This document shows, piece after piece, positions 1 to 12,799 of a stretch of DNA of 64,000 nt. Numbering within the stretch: the first letter of the stretch is position 1; each line of letters begins with the position of its first letter. This stretch comes from Octopus vulgaris (lineage: Eukaryota): assembly GCA_951406725.2 (NCBI GenBank), contig OX597816.1:69192001-69256000 (forward strand), given 5' to 3'. The notes under the pieces are model-generated. The model saw only the letters and a program-made list of their open reading frames with translations. It searched no databases and was not told the origin of the DNA. Both the position numbers and the translations under genes were made by a program.

Positions 1-1081
1 TCCTAATTGGTCGACTTTTATTTACAAACATCTCTCTCATGATGCCAACTTATATTTGTAATTGTTATCATGAATGTTCTAAAAGATTTATTTTGATTTA
101 TTAGGACTAATTTAATTACGACACTAAGACAAACATTTCTGTCGTTACATGTTGCGCAATGTTGACAGAAAACCAATTTTTGTATATAGCAGTCCTCAGA
201 AATACATTTTGATATCAAATTAAAACAATGTCAAGATACAAGATTATTGCCCTCGCCGATCCCACACTACTCGAAGATAAAATACAAGATGATCACATAT
301 CAGCCATGTCAAGGCTCACCTTGGATTAACCTGAACATAACATTTAAAAAAGAACAACTAAAAGCAGCATTCGTTGCTTGCAAACAAGTATGAAGAGGTT
401 GGATGTACCACGTTTTCACTAGTTTCTTTAGGTACCTATATCGTAGTAACGAGGCATTGAGCCATAATTGACCCACTCCTAATTGACTGAGGAGACCAAC
501 TAGGATATGACAGCTGGAAGAACGCGTGTATGCAGCTCTACCCATGGTACATATTACAGCTGAGTTGACTGCAGCAAAGTGAACCGAAGTGAATTGTTTA
601 TAGGCACAACACAACCTCCGATCCAGAAATCGAACCTTTGATTTTGTAATCGGAGCTCAACACAATAATCACAAGGTCATAAAAAAAACGGAATATTCAA
701 GAAAATAAAAAATAAATGAAAGCAACTTAGAAGCCCCTCCACGATCGCTCAAGTTGCTAGAAATAGCGATCAAATTTCTCTCAAATCACGCTCTTGTACT
801 AAAGGAGGAAGATGAATTTATAAACTAAAACTGAAAGAGGAAAATGAACATGATGAGCATAGTTCGAACATCATTGATGATAGATCCACTCGATCATGGT
901 TTATTTTGCGGTTAATCAACAGCAACAATATTACGTTTCGAAACATCGTTTATATTAAGGTTAAATATTATATTAATAGAGAAATACTATATGATGAAAT
1001 TACATTCAAATAAAATACACAAGTAACAAGACGGAGAACTCAAATACAGTTTTCAGAGATTACTTCGACTGTTATTTTATA

Positions 1082-1242
1082 GGCGTAGGAGTGGTTGTGT
1101 AATAAGTAAATTGCTTCCGAACCACATGGTTCGGGGTTCAGACCCACTGCATGACACCTTCGGCAATGTCGTCTACTATAGCCTCGGGCCGACCAAAGCC
1201 TTTTGAGTGGATTTGGTAGACAGAAGCTGAAAGAAGCCCGTC

Positions 1243-1291
<49 letters not shown>

Positions 1292-1500
1292 TGTGTGTCT
1301 GCGTTTGTCCCCCAACATCGCTTGACAACCGATGCTGCTGTGCTTACTTCCACGTAACTTAGCGGTTCGAGAAAAAGAGGCCGATAGAGTAAGTACTAGG
1401 CTTGCAAAGAATAAGTCCTGGGGTTGATTCGCTCGAATAAAGGCGGTGCTCCAGCATGGCCACAATCAAATGACTGAAACAAGTAAAAGAGTAAAGAGAG
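1082..1500 (+). mobile_element. tRNA-derived SINE, family A (CORE-like body, internal (TA)n/(TG)n microsatellite, GTAAAAGA tail)
   Basis: A-box-like GGAGTGGTTGTGTAA and B-box-like GGTTCAGACCC. Body and tail recur near-identically at 9776, 33880, 41292 and 52432. Confidence 0.85.
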
Positions 1501-1696
1501 TATATTGTATATGAAATCTTCGATGAAATATTGCATACGATACATCACCAAATAGTGTCGGTCAAAGCGTTAGTGATAATGCGATTGGTTATACTAACAA
1601 TTTTAAGTTTTTATGTATATATAAAATCAGGTGCTTCGATATATATACACGTACACACATACTCACTCACACATACACACACATATATATATATAC

Positions 1697-1752
<56 letters not shown>

Positions 1753-2634
1753 ACGTTACAAAAATCGATGCAAGTATTATACATTTTGATATATTAGTAT
1801 AGACATGTAGATGTATATAGATACTGATTAATTTCTTTCGCTACTTGGTCATGTGTATGTTAAAACAACTCTAAAGTTTTACTTTGACAAAATTCACTTT
1901 TACTTGTTTCATATGTATTATATTAATTGAAATATTTTTTACTTACTATTTCTATATTTTATGCGTACATGTCAGCACTGACAGTTTGTCATGATGTTCT
2001 TCAGCCCCAAGTTATTCCATCAAACAGACCCACGAGACTTGACCAATCTCCTCACTTTTCTTTTTTCAGATAAACTATATTTAAAATGGTCCAACATGTT
2101 TTTTCTTTAAAGTAGTAGACTGGGATCTAAAGAAAACTTTGCTGTCCCAATATATCGGACAACCCAGTGGAAGCTTACTGTATAAACGACGTGGATGACT
2201 TATCGGAAACAACAATAAGGCTGATCAAGATTTCTGTCTTAATGTATTAAGTCTAGAGTCAAAGCTCATAAACTTAACTTTCATCTCTGTGCAGCCAACA
2301 CAATAAATTCTTGTTATTAGTGTCCTTGTTCTTTAATGTCAACATCTGCTCTGATCGATGATAAAACAAATGATACGGCCATGAAATGTTGTGCGGTAAA
2401 ATTTTCACTGACTCTGAATATCTACCACTACTGTTCAACTATTATCGTTGCCAACACTGACTATCAGCAGTTTCCTTGCATTCAGGATTCTATTCTATTC
2501 GAAAGGATCTCAAATGAAAATTTGGCTGCGTGGTAAGAACTTTGCTTCCCGAGCACATGGGTACTCATTCAGCCCCACTGTGCGGTATCTTGAGCAAATA
2601 TATTCTATTATAGACCTTGGTCAAACAAAAGATA

Positions 2635-3923
2635 CGAGGGGCGTTCAATAAGTAATGCCCCTGACCCACTTCCTATGGCAGTAGAGCAACGAAACTTGGC
2701 ACAGTTATTAGTCTTTTTCTACATAGGAACCACCCAGAGTTACGCATTTCTCCCATTGTTTGATGCGGCTCTGGAGACCGTTTTTGTAGAAGAACCAAGC
2801 TTGGTCCTCCAACCTCAACGTGACTTCAGAAATCAAGGCTGCATCATCTGGGAAACGCTTTCCTTTCAAAAACAACTTCATGATTGGGAAGAGGTGAAAA
2901 TCAGAGGGTGCAAGGTCAGGAAAGTAGGGGGATGGAGGGGAGTTCATAGCCATACGCCTGTGCTTCTGATCTGGCGACACGCGAGTTGTGGACCGGAGCG
3001 TTGTCTTGCAGGAGGAGGATACCTTTGCTGATCTTGCCCCGCCTCTTGATTCTGATAACTTCTCTTAATTTCCTCAAAAGTGATGCATAATAGGCTCCTG
3101 CAATTGTGGTACCCTTTGCCAGGAAATCTGTCATCACTACTCCGTCCTGGTCCCAGAAGACTGTGAGCATGACCTTGCCAGCAGAGGGCTGCACCCTTGC
3201 CTTCTTTAGAGGGGGTGAGTCACGGTGCTTCCACTGCATTGACTGGACTTTGGTCTCTGGATCATCGTGATGGACCCAGGTTTCATCCTGTGTAATCAGT
3301 CTTTTGAAAAATTCTGACTCATCTTCTTGGCACATCTCCAAGTTCACCCTCGAGCACTCGACGCGTTCTTGCTTCTGGAAAGGCGTGAGCAGCCTGGGAA
3401 TCCATCTGGCAGACACCTTTTGCATATGCAAATGGTCATGAATGATAGTTTCCACAGACCCGGTACTAATCTTGACCTCATGGGCTATTTGGCGAATAAT
3501 TATGCGTCGATCTTCCAAAATGGCAGACTCAACTTGACGGACAGATGCCTCATCAATGGCAGAAAGGGGCGACCAGATCTGGGAGCTGTTTCCACAGAGT
3601 TCCGACCATGTTTGAATTCACGATGCCAGCGTTTTACAAGGTCATATGATGGGGCATCATCACCATAAGTTACTTTCATTTAATCAAAAGTCTCCCGTGG
3701 TGTGCGCCCTTTCAAATACAAAAACCGGATCACTGCTCGACACTCAACAGGCTCCATCTCACACTTTACTCGGTTCAAACACCTGTAAATCAGAAACCAC
3801 AATGAATCAGAGGTGTAATTTGCCACTTACTCTATAGAGATATCAATAATTGCACATGCAAACTTTCAGCTGGATCAAACAACTGCAAGTGGGTCAGAGG
3901 CATTACTTATTGAACGTCCCTCG
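2635..3923 (-). mobile_element. Full-length mariner (DD34D) DNA transposon, 1289 bp, inserted in an older family A SINE
   Basis: TIRs of about 37 bp (CGAGGGGCGTTCAATAAGTAATGCCCCTGACCCACTT, 2 mismatches). TA duplication at 2633-2634 and 3924-3925. SINE A sequence stops at 2632 and resumes at 3926. Confidence 0.95.
2708..3757 (-). pseudogene. Mariner transposase pseudogene (about 350 codons)
   Basis: ATG at 3757 (MEPVECRAVIRFL). Motifs WIPRLL, QDETW, QDNA and PDLAPSDF; D-34-D spacing once a 2-nt deletion is restored. In-frame TAA at 3680-3682 and frameshifts near 3564 and 2935. Confidence 0.93.
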
Positions 3924-4005
3924 TATGTGAGTGGATTTCGTAGATAAAAACGGAAAGAAGATACACAAAAACACACAAGTGCCCTTACACAGTTATACAT
4001 ACACA

Positions 4006-4105
4006 NNNNNNNNNNNNNNNNNNNNNNNNNNNNNNNNNNNNNNNNNNNNNNNNNNNNNNNNNNNNNNNNNNNNNNNNNNNNNNNNNNNNNNNNNNNNNNN
4101 NNNNN
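4006..4105. other. Assembly gap (100 N)
   Basis: Run of N directly after a CA-rich stretch. Confidence 1.
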
Positions 4106-4699
4106 GGTACATCGACCGATAAAATTCTCTTGTGCTGACAAGGGAAATCAATGCGTTTTGAGATAGAGAGACATAGGTATAGCTGTGAATATAAAATTTT
4201 GTATCCATGACAACAGATTACACACAATTGATCGTATTTACTTTGACTTATTCTGTTTATTGTGACATTTGCAGAGTTGTGGAAATATCGTGCAGCCGCC
4301 TTTAGTTTTAATGAAGTACCTTCCCAAGAATTGTATTTGGTTAACATGGCAAATTACATCTGTTGTTAACCAATTGATTTTCCCTAAGCCGCAGCAGTAG
4401 ATGGGTAGAATGGAAATATTGACATCCTCCAGGCAGATCGGTTGCCTTCAATATTTTGGTCTGACAAAATATCTTGCAGGTGTGGGCTATTCTACAGAAT
4501 GTGATAGATTTTTACATAACTACTTCACCCGAGACTCTTCTAACATACCTGTTTAAATTGTTAATTACTATGAGAAAGCATGGTTGGTAATAACTTGATT
4601 GAAAAGCTCAAAGCACGAACCCTAATGTTTCCAACTGAAATCCCAAATTATTGGCATTACGATATATCAGATATTGATCAGTTTACAAAAGTTGATTAT

Positions 4700-5286
4700 T
4701 CTTTTCTACTCTAGGCACAGACACGAAATTTTGCGTGAGGTCCAGTCGATTAGATCGACCCCAGTACGCAACTGGGATGAAAGGCAAAGTCGACCTCGAC
4801 GGAATTTGAACTCAGAACGTAAAGACAGACGAAACACCGCTAAGCATTTCGCCCGGCACGCTAACATTTCTTATTTCTTTATTACCCACAAGGGGCTAAA
4901 CATAGTGGGGACAAACAAGGACAGACAAAGGGGTTCAGTTGATTACATCGACCCCAGTGCGTAACTGGTACTTAATTTATCGACCCCGAAAGAATGAAAG
5001 GCAAAGTCGACCTCGGTTGAGTTTGAACTCAGAACGTAAAGACAGACGAAATACGTATTTCTTTACTACCACAAGGGGCTAAACCCAGAGAGGACAAACA
5101 AGGAGAGACAAACGGATTAAGTCGATTATATCGACCCCAGTGCGTAACTGGCACTTATTTAATCGACCCTAAAAGGATGAAAGGCAAAGTCGACCTCGGT
5201 GGAATTTGAACCCAAAACGTAGCGGCAGATGAAATACCGCTAGGCATTTCGTCCGGCGTGCTAACGTTTCTGCCAGCTCGCCGCCT
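4700..5286 (-). mobile_element. Cluster of three tandem or partial family B tRNA-SINEs (Meta/MESC-like core)
   Basis: Repeated GATGAAAGGCAAAGTCGACCTCGGCGGAATTTGAAC-type units; reverse complement of the copy at 12481; tail ...AGCCCCTTGTGGGTAATAAAGAAA. Confidence 0.85.
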
Positions 5287-5394
5287 TACAAAAGTTGATT
5301 ATTAAGACATTGTAGTTTGACGATTTGTTAAAGCAACCTGTTGTAATACAGAAACAATTCTCTATGTATGTGTATGAATGTGTGTGTATAGGGG

Positions 5395-5430
<36 letters not shown>

Positions 5431-6129
5431 ATGTGAAATAGCTTTTATCATGGCTGAAATTATGACAAAGTCACTTGGCAAGTTACACCAAGAGTATATC
5501 GGTTTCTTCTCTATAATTTCTCGTTATTTTCTTGCACGCACTTGTTCAGGTATAAGGCACATAATAGTCAAAATACCTTTTCCTTCGGATCTTCCCTCTT
5601 ATGACTGTATATAATGCTATCTACAATGTCACACGTAAACAAACTTCCATAATGTATGCGAAAGTGTTTTGTTAAAAAATTTCGTAATACCTTTAGGAAA
5701 ACTATCAACAAGCTAAGAGAAACAATTCCAATTACGGAAGTTATATTACATCTCCCTCTTTAAGGTCGGCATAAAGAATGCTAACCACTTGACGATGCAG
5801 CTATGATTCTTTACAGTGGCAAAGAATCGTACCTCCTCAGTTATTTGAATGGCGTTTAAGCAAAGCAGGAAAATACAGTTAAATTATTTGCTGTATATTC
5901 TCATTGTCAGCATCATTGATAACTAAATATATAAACTGAAGGCGCTGCAAACGGAATCTCTTTCATTTCAATATCCGTAAAATCCTCTTAGATGTATTTT
6001 TCGTTTTTTTGCAACCAAATATTTCTGTACAATTCTCTCAATTTTTTGAGTAGTATTTTATACTATTTTCTGTGATGTGAATTCCTCAATTTCATAAGAT
6101 GAATTCGCAGATCAGCAACTGGAAACAGG

Positions 6130-6740
6130 TTTTTTTTTTCCCGTGAGGTAGATAAGTGGTTGGTCTATAATTGCTAGCTGTATTACTCTTGCTTTTATCT
6201 TTTATAAAGCGTATTGTTCTCCCTCTAGTCCTCAAATATTGTATTATTTCTCCATTTAGGCAATCTTGAAGTTGATCCATCAGCCTTCCATATAAACTAC
6301 TGAATTTCTTTAGCCAGTACCCTTGAACGAAATCTGGTCCTGGGCCCTTCCAATTCGGCATTTTTCTAGCACTTTACTCATTACCTTACTAGTTAATTTT
6401 AGATCTGGCTGCTTTTCACTCATTACTTCTTTACTCATTTTCATTAACCATAGTACTTCTCATTTATGATTGAGTGACTTATCCCAGATATTACTCCAGA
6501 ACTAGAACTTTGTAGCTGCCTCTGCACTAGGTTTCTCATCTTCAGTACTTCGTTCTCCGCTATCTATTTAGTTATAAAATCTCCTCTGGCCTATCTCAAA
6601 TAATCTATTCTGTTGATACTGATCTATTCTTTTCTGATATCTGGAGAGCTTACGTACTACTGCTATGATACGCTGTTACAACTCTTCTGTGACTGCGCCA
6701 AATCGTTTCTCCTTGACTAAGTATATTTTCTCAAGAGAAG
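6130..6740 (-). mobile_element. Degraded non-LTR retrotransposon fragment, R4/Dong-like, N-terminal to RT
   Basis: MPNWKGPGPDFVQGYWLKKF and SNYRPTTYLP resemble RT domain 0/1 motifs; stops and frameshifts upstream. Confidence 0.7.
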
Positions 6741-8320
6741 ATTTGCATCTTGTGTTTCCCAACGTTTTCAGTTTACATTCTTTCGACTTCCCGATCGAAA
6801 AATAACTAACAATCAAATATTGGGAGCAATGATAACAACTAAAATCCTTCTGTGAAGACTGCTGGCCTCTTGCTTATACTAAAAGCCTTTATAGGTTTTT
6901 GCAGTACTTGGAGCGTTCTAAACAAAATTTATAGCATTTGTTCCTGTTTTAAAAAAAATTTTTAAATTCAAATCGATCAAATTTCCAATCAATTACTGAA
7001 TCTATATAATCGGCTTACCCTCCACAAAAGTGGTGCGCTTATACTAAAATTAGAAATAATAGTAAATATCGTAACATTTCTTTCTTTAGGGGCCACAAAA
7101 TTATCAGAATTTATTTCACCCTGATAGTCTTCTGTGTTACCGTCAGTAATTTTGCGTATGGGTTGTAAGTTGCGCCCGATTAACTAATAGAATCTATTCC
7201 ATATTAAATATCAAATTCCCATCGGAACACTTGGACAATGAGCGGTTCTCTGCTGGAGTACATTTGCCACAACGCAATTCTCTCTATATTAAATCTATTT
7301 ACACATGTCGTACAAAACACTGCTTAGTGTTTTTAATCTTTTCGTACCAGAGATTTTGTAGAGTAGTAAGTTTCCTAACATACGTATATTTGCTTGTCAG
7401 CACATGAATGTGTACTATAAACACACTGAGAGACAAACAGACAGACAAACCGACACACATGCACAAAATTGTGTCCGTTGCGTCTATTTAACTACGTACA
7501 CATATGTTTGTGCAAGCTTGTATAAGTTAAATGTTTGTATATGTGATTGTGCATGTGAACGTGCGTGTGTTTTCAAATGCCTTTGGTAATTTTTATTATT
7601 CTGAATTTGTTACAGTTGCGGAATAGATCACTAAAGTACAATTCCTTTAGGCAGCACTGAATTAATTTATATTCATATGTGAAAATTGAAATAATACACT
7701 TTTTGTGCAAATTGACAGTGTTGCAATCCCAGAGCCAATTTTAGAGAACAATGTAAAAACACGATTAGATTGCACGGTCGCTCCAGATCATCAAGAATGC
7801 TAAATACTTCCAATTTACATACAGTTTGTGAACAGTATGATAAATATAAGCATAACTTTTGCTTATTAACATATTATTAATCTAGTTTCCGATACGTATT
7901 GTTTCCTTTGCGAATATATCTGGAAATTTATTTATATAAATACAGATTATGTGCATACATATCTACACACACACACAAAAAAAAACAACATATAAACAGA
8001 TAGATTTATAAATCAACACAGAGACATGCATAAACGTGCGTAGCGATGTGTTAGTTATTCATAAATACCATGCTAGAATTATTTTCTCTCTCTCTCTCTC
8101 ACACACACACACATCTAAGAATGCTGCCAACATGGCAACATTCGGTAATTTCTTGAAAACGGGGTCATAACACCGAAATATTGAAAATAAGGTGAGTCTA
8201 CATTGATTCATATAGTTTTTCTTGTAATTTACTTTGTATTTACTTCGCATTATCCTGGCCTTACTTCGATCATTTATACAATATATTTTACACAATGCTT
8301 CATAGTAATTATCTATATAT

Positions 8321-8718
8321 AACTCTTAATTTTAGCAACACGATGTGGCAGTCGGTATCATCTGTCGCTTTTGTGACCTCTATTAATCTTGTCTCTAGCT
8401 TCGAATTACTAATAAGGCGCCTTCTTAAATTTGTTGTTTAAGCTTTTACCTTTTTGAAAATCAGTACATATGTTCAGCGCTTTTTCTTATAAGGCTGATT
8501 GAAGAAGTTGAGTTTAAACCTAGGCCTTAAGAGTCGCCGATGAGGATTAAGATGGTCTAAACCAGAATCCGAAATCACAATCTGATTATGTACGCTGGGG
8601 TCTCCCTTTCTCAGTATTAAGTTGATTGCATTTGTGGCTTTTCAGTTATTTTTACTCTTATTTTTAGCAAAAAAGGTCCTAATGAGTAACATCTGTTACT
8701 CCTTTGACCTCTATTAAT
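8321..8718 (+). repeat. Partial tandem repeat (about 330-bp period) containing an HHR-like core
   Basis: ACTCTTA.TTTTAGCAA...CATCTGT...TGACCTCTATTAAT occurs at 8322-8387 and 8654-8718. CCGATGA-GGATT...AATCC-GAAA lies at 8537-8574. Confidence 0.45.
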
Positions 8719-9163
8719 TTCACACACACACACACACACACACACCTATGTTAGGGATAATGTCTAGTCACGACACGGTCAAATATTTCAAATCTCCTTG
8801 TGTCTACTGTTGAAATGCTGAAGTAACTCGCCATCTTCTTATCTTCTAAGTAAACAATGAAAATAAAGCGCATTTGATTTCTATTTATGAAGGATTATTT
8901 CGATGACACCACCGCAAATTTTTTCTCACTCTCTTAAAACACTCACACACATTTATATGCACATACACTCATCTACGTATACACACATACGACACACAAA
9001 CATAACAATTTTGAGCATACACAGTACTACCACCTTTATGAATTAGTAGAATCTTTAAGACACATAAGATACACATATTCTGTTTTCGCATACATTAAAT
9101 TATTTCTGCAAATTCAGCCTGATGAGATAATTAGTAACATTCCACTTTTGTAATTCTTAATTC

Positions 9164-9550
9164 GGATCTTTTCGGTTTGAACAGCATTTCTTCTAGCGGG
9201 GTCATATGAAATTGTCACCCATAATTATGACCCAAGTATCGATCTATTGCATTTCAATCTGTTTTAGGGTTGGTTAGGGTTAGGGGTGGGGGGATGGGTA
9301 TCTTTTTGTGTTTCACAAACGTAAATAAGCCCAAGCTGTTTCTTAAACGAGGGACATATTCATACGGCACAGAATGTTTTTTAACACAATGTTCGTAATC
9401 GATTCGTTGAAATTGAAGAAAAAAAACTGCAAACATCTTACAAACTATAGACTTTTCTCAATAAAGTCAAGTATACCAGTATACGAAGTTTAAATTTTTT
9501 TAGTTATCTACAAATTATGTTAAAAACTGCCGTTCAAACCGATAAGATCC
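9164..9550. mobile_element. MITE with GGATC termini, 8-bp TSD and internal TTAGGG repeats (copy 1)
   Basis: TIR GGATCTTTTCGGTTTGAAC / GTTCAAACCGATAAGATCC; perfect TSD CTTAATTC; second copy at 17306. Confidence 0.9.
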
Positions 9551-9775
9551 CTTAATTCATTTACAAAATCTTCGTATAGATGCAATATTAATAATATAAT
9601 TTTTATCTGATCTGATTAAGCTTTGTTGTTTTCCCTTCTGTTATATGGAAGTGTGCGCAGTTAGAGAGAAGCAATATGACATAACATAATTTCAACAGAC
9701 GCAGGGGAAACTTAAGAGGTTGTGAGCACCACTTTAGTAAACACTAATATCATTTTCCGTAATATGTAAACAATA

Positions 9776-10213
9776 GGCGTAGGAGTGGTTGTGTGGTAAG
9801 TAGCTTGCTTACGAACCACGTTGTTCCGTGTTCAGTCCCACTGGGTGGCATCTTGGGCAAGTGTCTTCTACAGTGGTGCTCAATAGCCTCGGGCCGACCA
9901 AATACTTGTAAGTGGATTTGGTAGACGGAAAGCCCGTCGTATATATGCACATGTGTGTGTGTGTATATATATATATATGTGTGTGTATATGTTTGTGTGT
10001 CTGTGTTTGCCCCCCCCCCAACATCGCTTGACAACCGATGCTGGTGTGTTTACGTCCCCGTTACCTAGCGGTTCGGCAAAAGAGACCGATAGAATAAGTA
10101 CTATGCTTACAAAGAATAAGCCTTGGAGTCGATTTGCTTGACTAAAGGCGGTGTACCAGCATAGTCACAGTCAAATGACTGAAACAAGTACAAGTGTAAA
10201 AGAGAAAAGAGAG
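9776..10213 (+). mobile_element. SINE family A, full length
   Basis: Same head, internal microsatellite and tail as 1082-1500. Confidence 0.85.
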
Positions 10214-10394
10214 TAATTCGATTAGTCGACAAAATAATAAAATATCGTTATTGGAAAAAAAGAAAAATTATGATATATTAATGTTCAATATTGCCTAATG
10301 TGTTGTTCTCCCAATATCAAAGCACCATTTCCTCGAAGATGTTGGCCTTGTGCTAAAGTTGAAATTATTATTATTATCATAATCATCATCAAGT

Positions 10395-10862
10395 CAACCA
10401 ACAGGTAGATTCTTTAGTACACCAATCAAAATGCTTAGCGCCATTTGACCCATTTTGACGGTTTGAAGACGGTCATTGAGGGTCTAGGGAATTACATCGA
10501 ACCCAGTGCTGAAGTGATATTTATTTTATCGATCCCGAAAGAATGGGAGACAAAATCGAGCTCGCCGGGATTTGAAATTAGCACGTAAAGAAGGACGAAA
10601 TGGTACTAAGAATTTTGTCCAGCGTGCTAACGATTCTGCTGACTCGCAGACTTACCAATAATAATAATAATAATTTAGGCAGAAGACCAGTAATTTGGGG
10701 AAAGGTGGCTAGTTGATTATATGAACATCAGTGATCAAATGGTACTTAGTTTATTGACCCCGAAATGAGGAAAGGCAAAGTCGACCTCGGCGGAATTTGA
10801 ACGCAGAACGTAAGACGAATGGAATACCGCTAAGAATTTTGCCCGGCGTGCTACTGATTCTA
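10395..10862. mobile_element. Degraded family B SINE copies, mostly minus strand
   Basis: AAAGGCAAAGTCGACCTCGGCGGAATTTGAAC at about 10771-10802 and a diverged version at about 10530-10580. Confidence 0.7.
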
Positions 10863-11169
10863 CCTTATAAATATCGTTCACTGCATAAAACCTCTGACCT
10901 TGGTACTTAGGAAAATGAACCTGGGCACCAACTAAAGGAAAAATCCAAAGCAATTAACCACCTCCTCTTCATGAATGATTTGTAACTGTATGGCAAATTT
11001 GAGACACACGGTCACTGTTTTAGCACTGATATTATAAAGACATCTGATTAAGGCTGGAGGGTATAGCAGCCGAATGGTTGTGTTAATAACAAACAAGAGG
11101 AGGACAAATATGCGTCAAATGTAAATAATGTAGAACAATAACAACAACAATAATAATAGAGTTAATGCT

Positions 11170-11760
11170 AAGACGAAATAAGCCAGAAAAATGAAGCAAA
11201 ACTACAAAATCAAAGATTTTATAAACCTCCCCGAAACCAAGGAATTATTGAAACAACGAATACAACTGAAAGCCCAAGGTATGACAAAAATGTATGGCAA
11301 AAAGATCAAATTTTAACGACAAAAAAGGTAGTCAAGACGGATGCAAAGAATCTGGTACCATTTAAGAAGAGTGGTCCCGGTACGCGCACTCGCGTACCCG
11401 CGCATCCGGGTTAGCTAGTCGTAACTATGCGATCCAACAACGACTACCTAACAAAGTAAATAAAACAAAACCACAAAGTAAGGATCGACTAGTCACGACT
11501 AGCTAGCGCGGATGCGCGAGTACGCGAGTGCGCACACCGGGACCACTTTTCTTAAGTAGCACCAAGAAACAGACTGGGAAATTGGCAAAAGCAAGATAGA
11601 AGTAAAGGAGCCACCTAAGACAGAGGAAATGCCAGAGTTCTGGAATAAGATATGGAGCGACAAAAAGAATATAATGCTGATGCTTCCTAGATAGACCGTG
11701 AGAAAGTGAGACTGAAGTTGAAGAAAATAAATAGAAGAGCTAAGATATGTTCTTAGAAAG
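11170..11760 (+). mobile_element. Degraded R4/Dong-like LINE fragment interrupted by a MITE
   Basis: Translates in pieces as ELLKQRIQLKAQ...EIGKSKIEVKEPPKTEE...EFWNKIWS. Confidence 0.55.
11353..11564. mobile_element. GC-rich fold-back MITE, TIRs of about 83 bp, TG...CA ends
   Basis: Arms 11353-11435 and about 11482-11564 are imperfect reverse complements around an A-rich spacer. Flanks AGAATC/AGAAAC may be a 6-bp TSD. Confidence 0.8.
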
Positions 11761-12480
11761 TCTCACAAATAGGCTGTCTCCCGAAACCACCAATAACACA
11801 ACAGTCTGTGTCCGATAGCTGAAAGGAACGCGTAGGCGTTACAACTTGTTTATAGAAAAATCAGTAGTTAGTGAAGTCAAGAAAGGTGAAAATAAACAAT
11901 CCCGTTGAGCATAACCAAAATACAAGAACTTTAATTAAGAGGTCAATAAACAGTTCTTTAGAGAATATTTAGAGAATTCTTTCACTTACCTGAAATGTGA
12001 AGACTTGTTTTGGCGAACTGTTCTTCACCTGTCTAATGATGTATTTTCTATCTTTTTGATCTCTTTTCTTTTCAGAATTTACACTTACATCCGAATTCAC
12101 GGTACCATTCCGTCCTCTTTACGTTGCCAATTTCACTATTTTCGCGGCCAGTTCAAAACCTTCTACCGTTCACATTAACCGCCGTAATCATCTCACACAT
12201 CAACCACTTGGCACCGGATACTACATGAACCCCCCCCCCCGCTCAACTCGACTTTCATTACGTCCCACATCATCTTCCAGCACCAACTACCTCGCAATAG
12301 TAGTCTTTGTTTTTCACCCGCATGGTAAAAGCGCGCCAAAATCAGACTGCCTACGCTTTAAACAAACACGTGACTACAAAGAATTATTCTTTTCGTCTTC
12401 GTTTGCAAAACCAGAGAGCGGTGTTCTAATTCCCTTCATACAAATGAGAAATTATCTGAATACAATATTTTTTTCGTTAA

Positions 12481-12680
12481 GGCGGCGAGCTGGCAGAAAC
12501 GTTAGCACGCCGGGCGAAATGCGTAGCCGTATTTCGTCTGTCGTTACGTTCTGGGTTCAAATTCCGCCGAGGTCGACTTTGCTTTCCATCCTTTCGGGGT
12601 CGATAAATTAAGTACCAGTTACGCACTGGGGTCGGTGTAATCGACTTAATCTGTTTGTCTGTCCTTGTTTGTCGCTTCTG
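12481..12680 (+). mobile_element. SINE family B, 3'-truncated
   Basis: Head GGCGGCGAGCTGGCAGAAACG, B-box GGTTCAAATTCC, core CATCCTTTCGGGGTCGATAAATTAAGTACCAG. Confidence 0.85.
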
Positions 12681-12799
12681 AAATTTATAATATTTTTCTT
12701 CGTAACACTAACTCCTCCGTGATACTTTGTCGACAGGACAAAAGTACACTGCATCTACAACTATTCATTAATGATACACGAAGTAATCATTGGGTTTTA

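Noticed and set aside
4700-5286. Repeated units as a CRISPR array
   Set aside because: They are tandem SINE fragments in a eukaryotic context with no cas genes.
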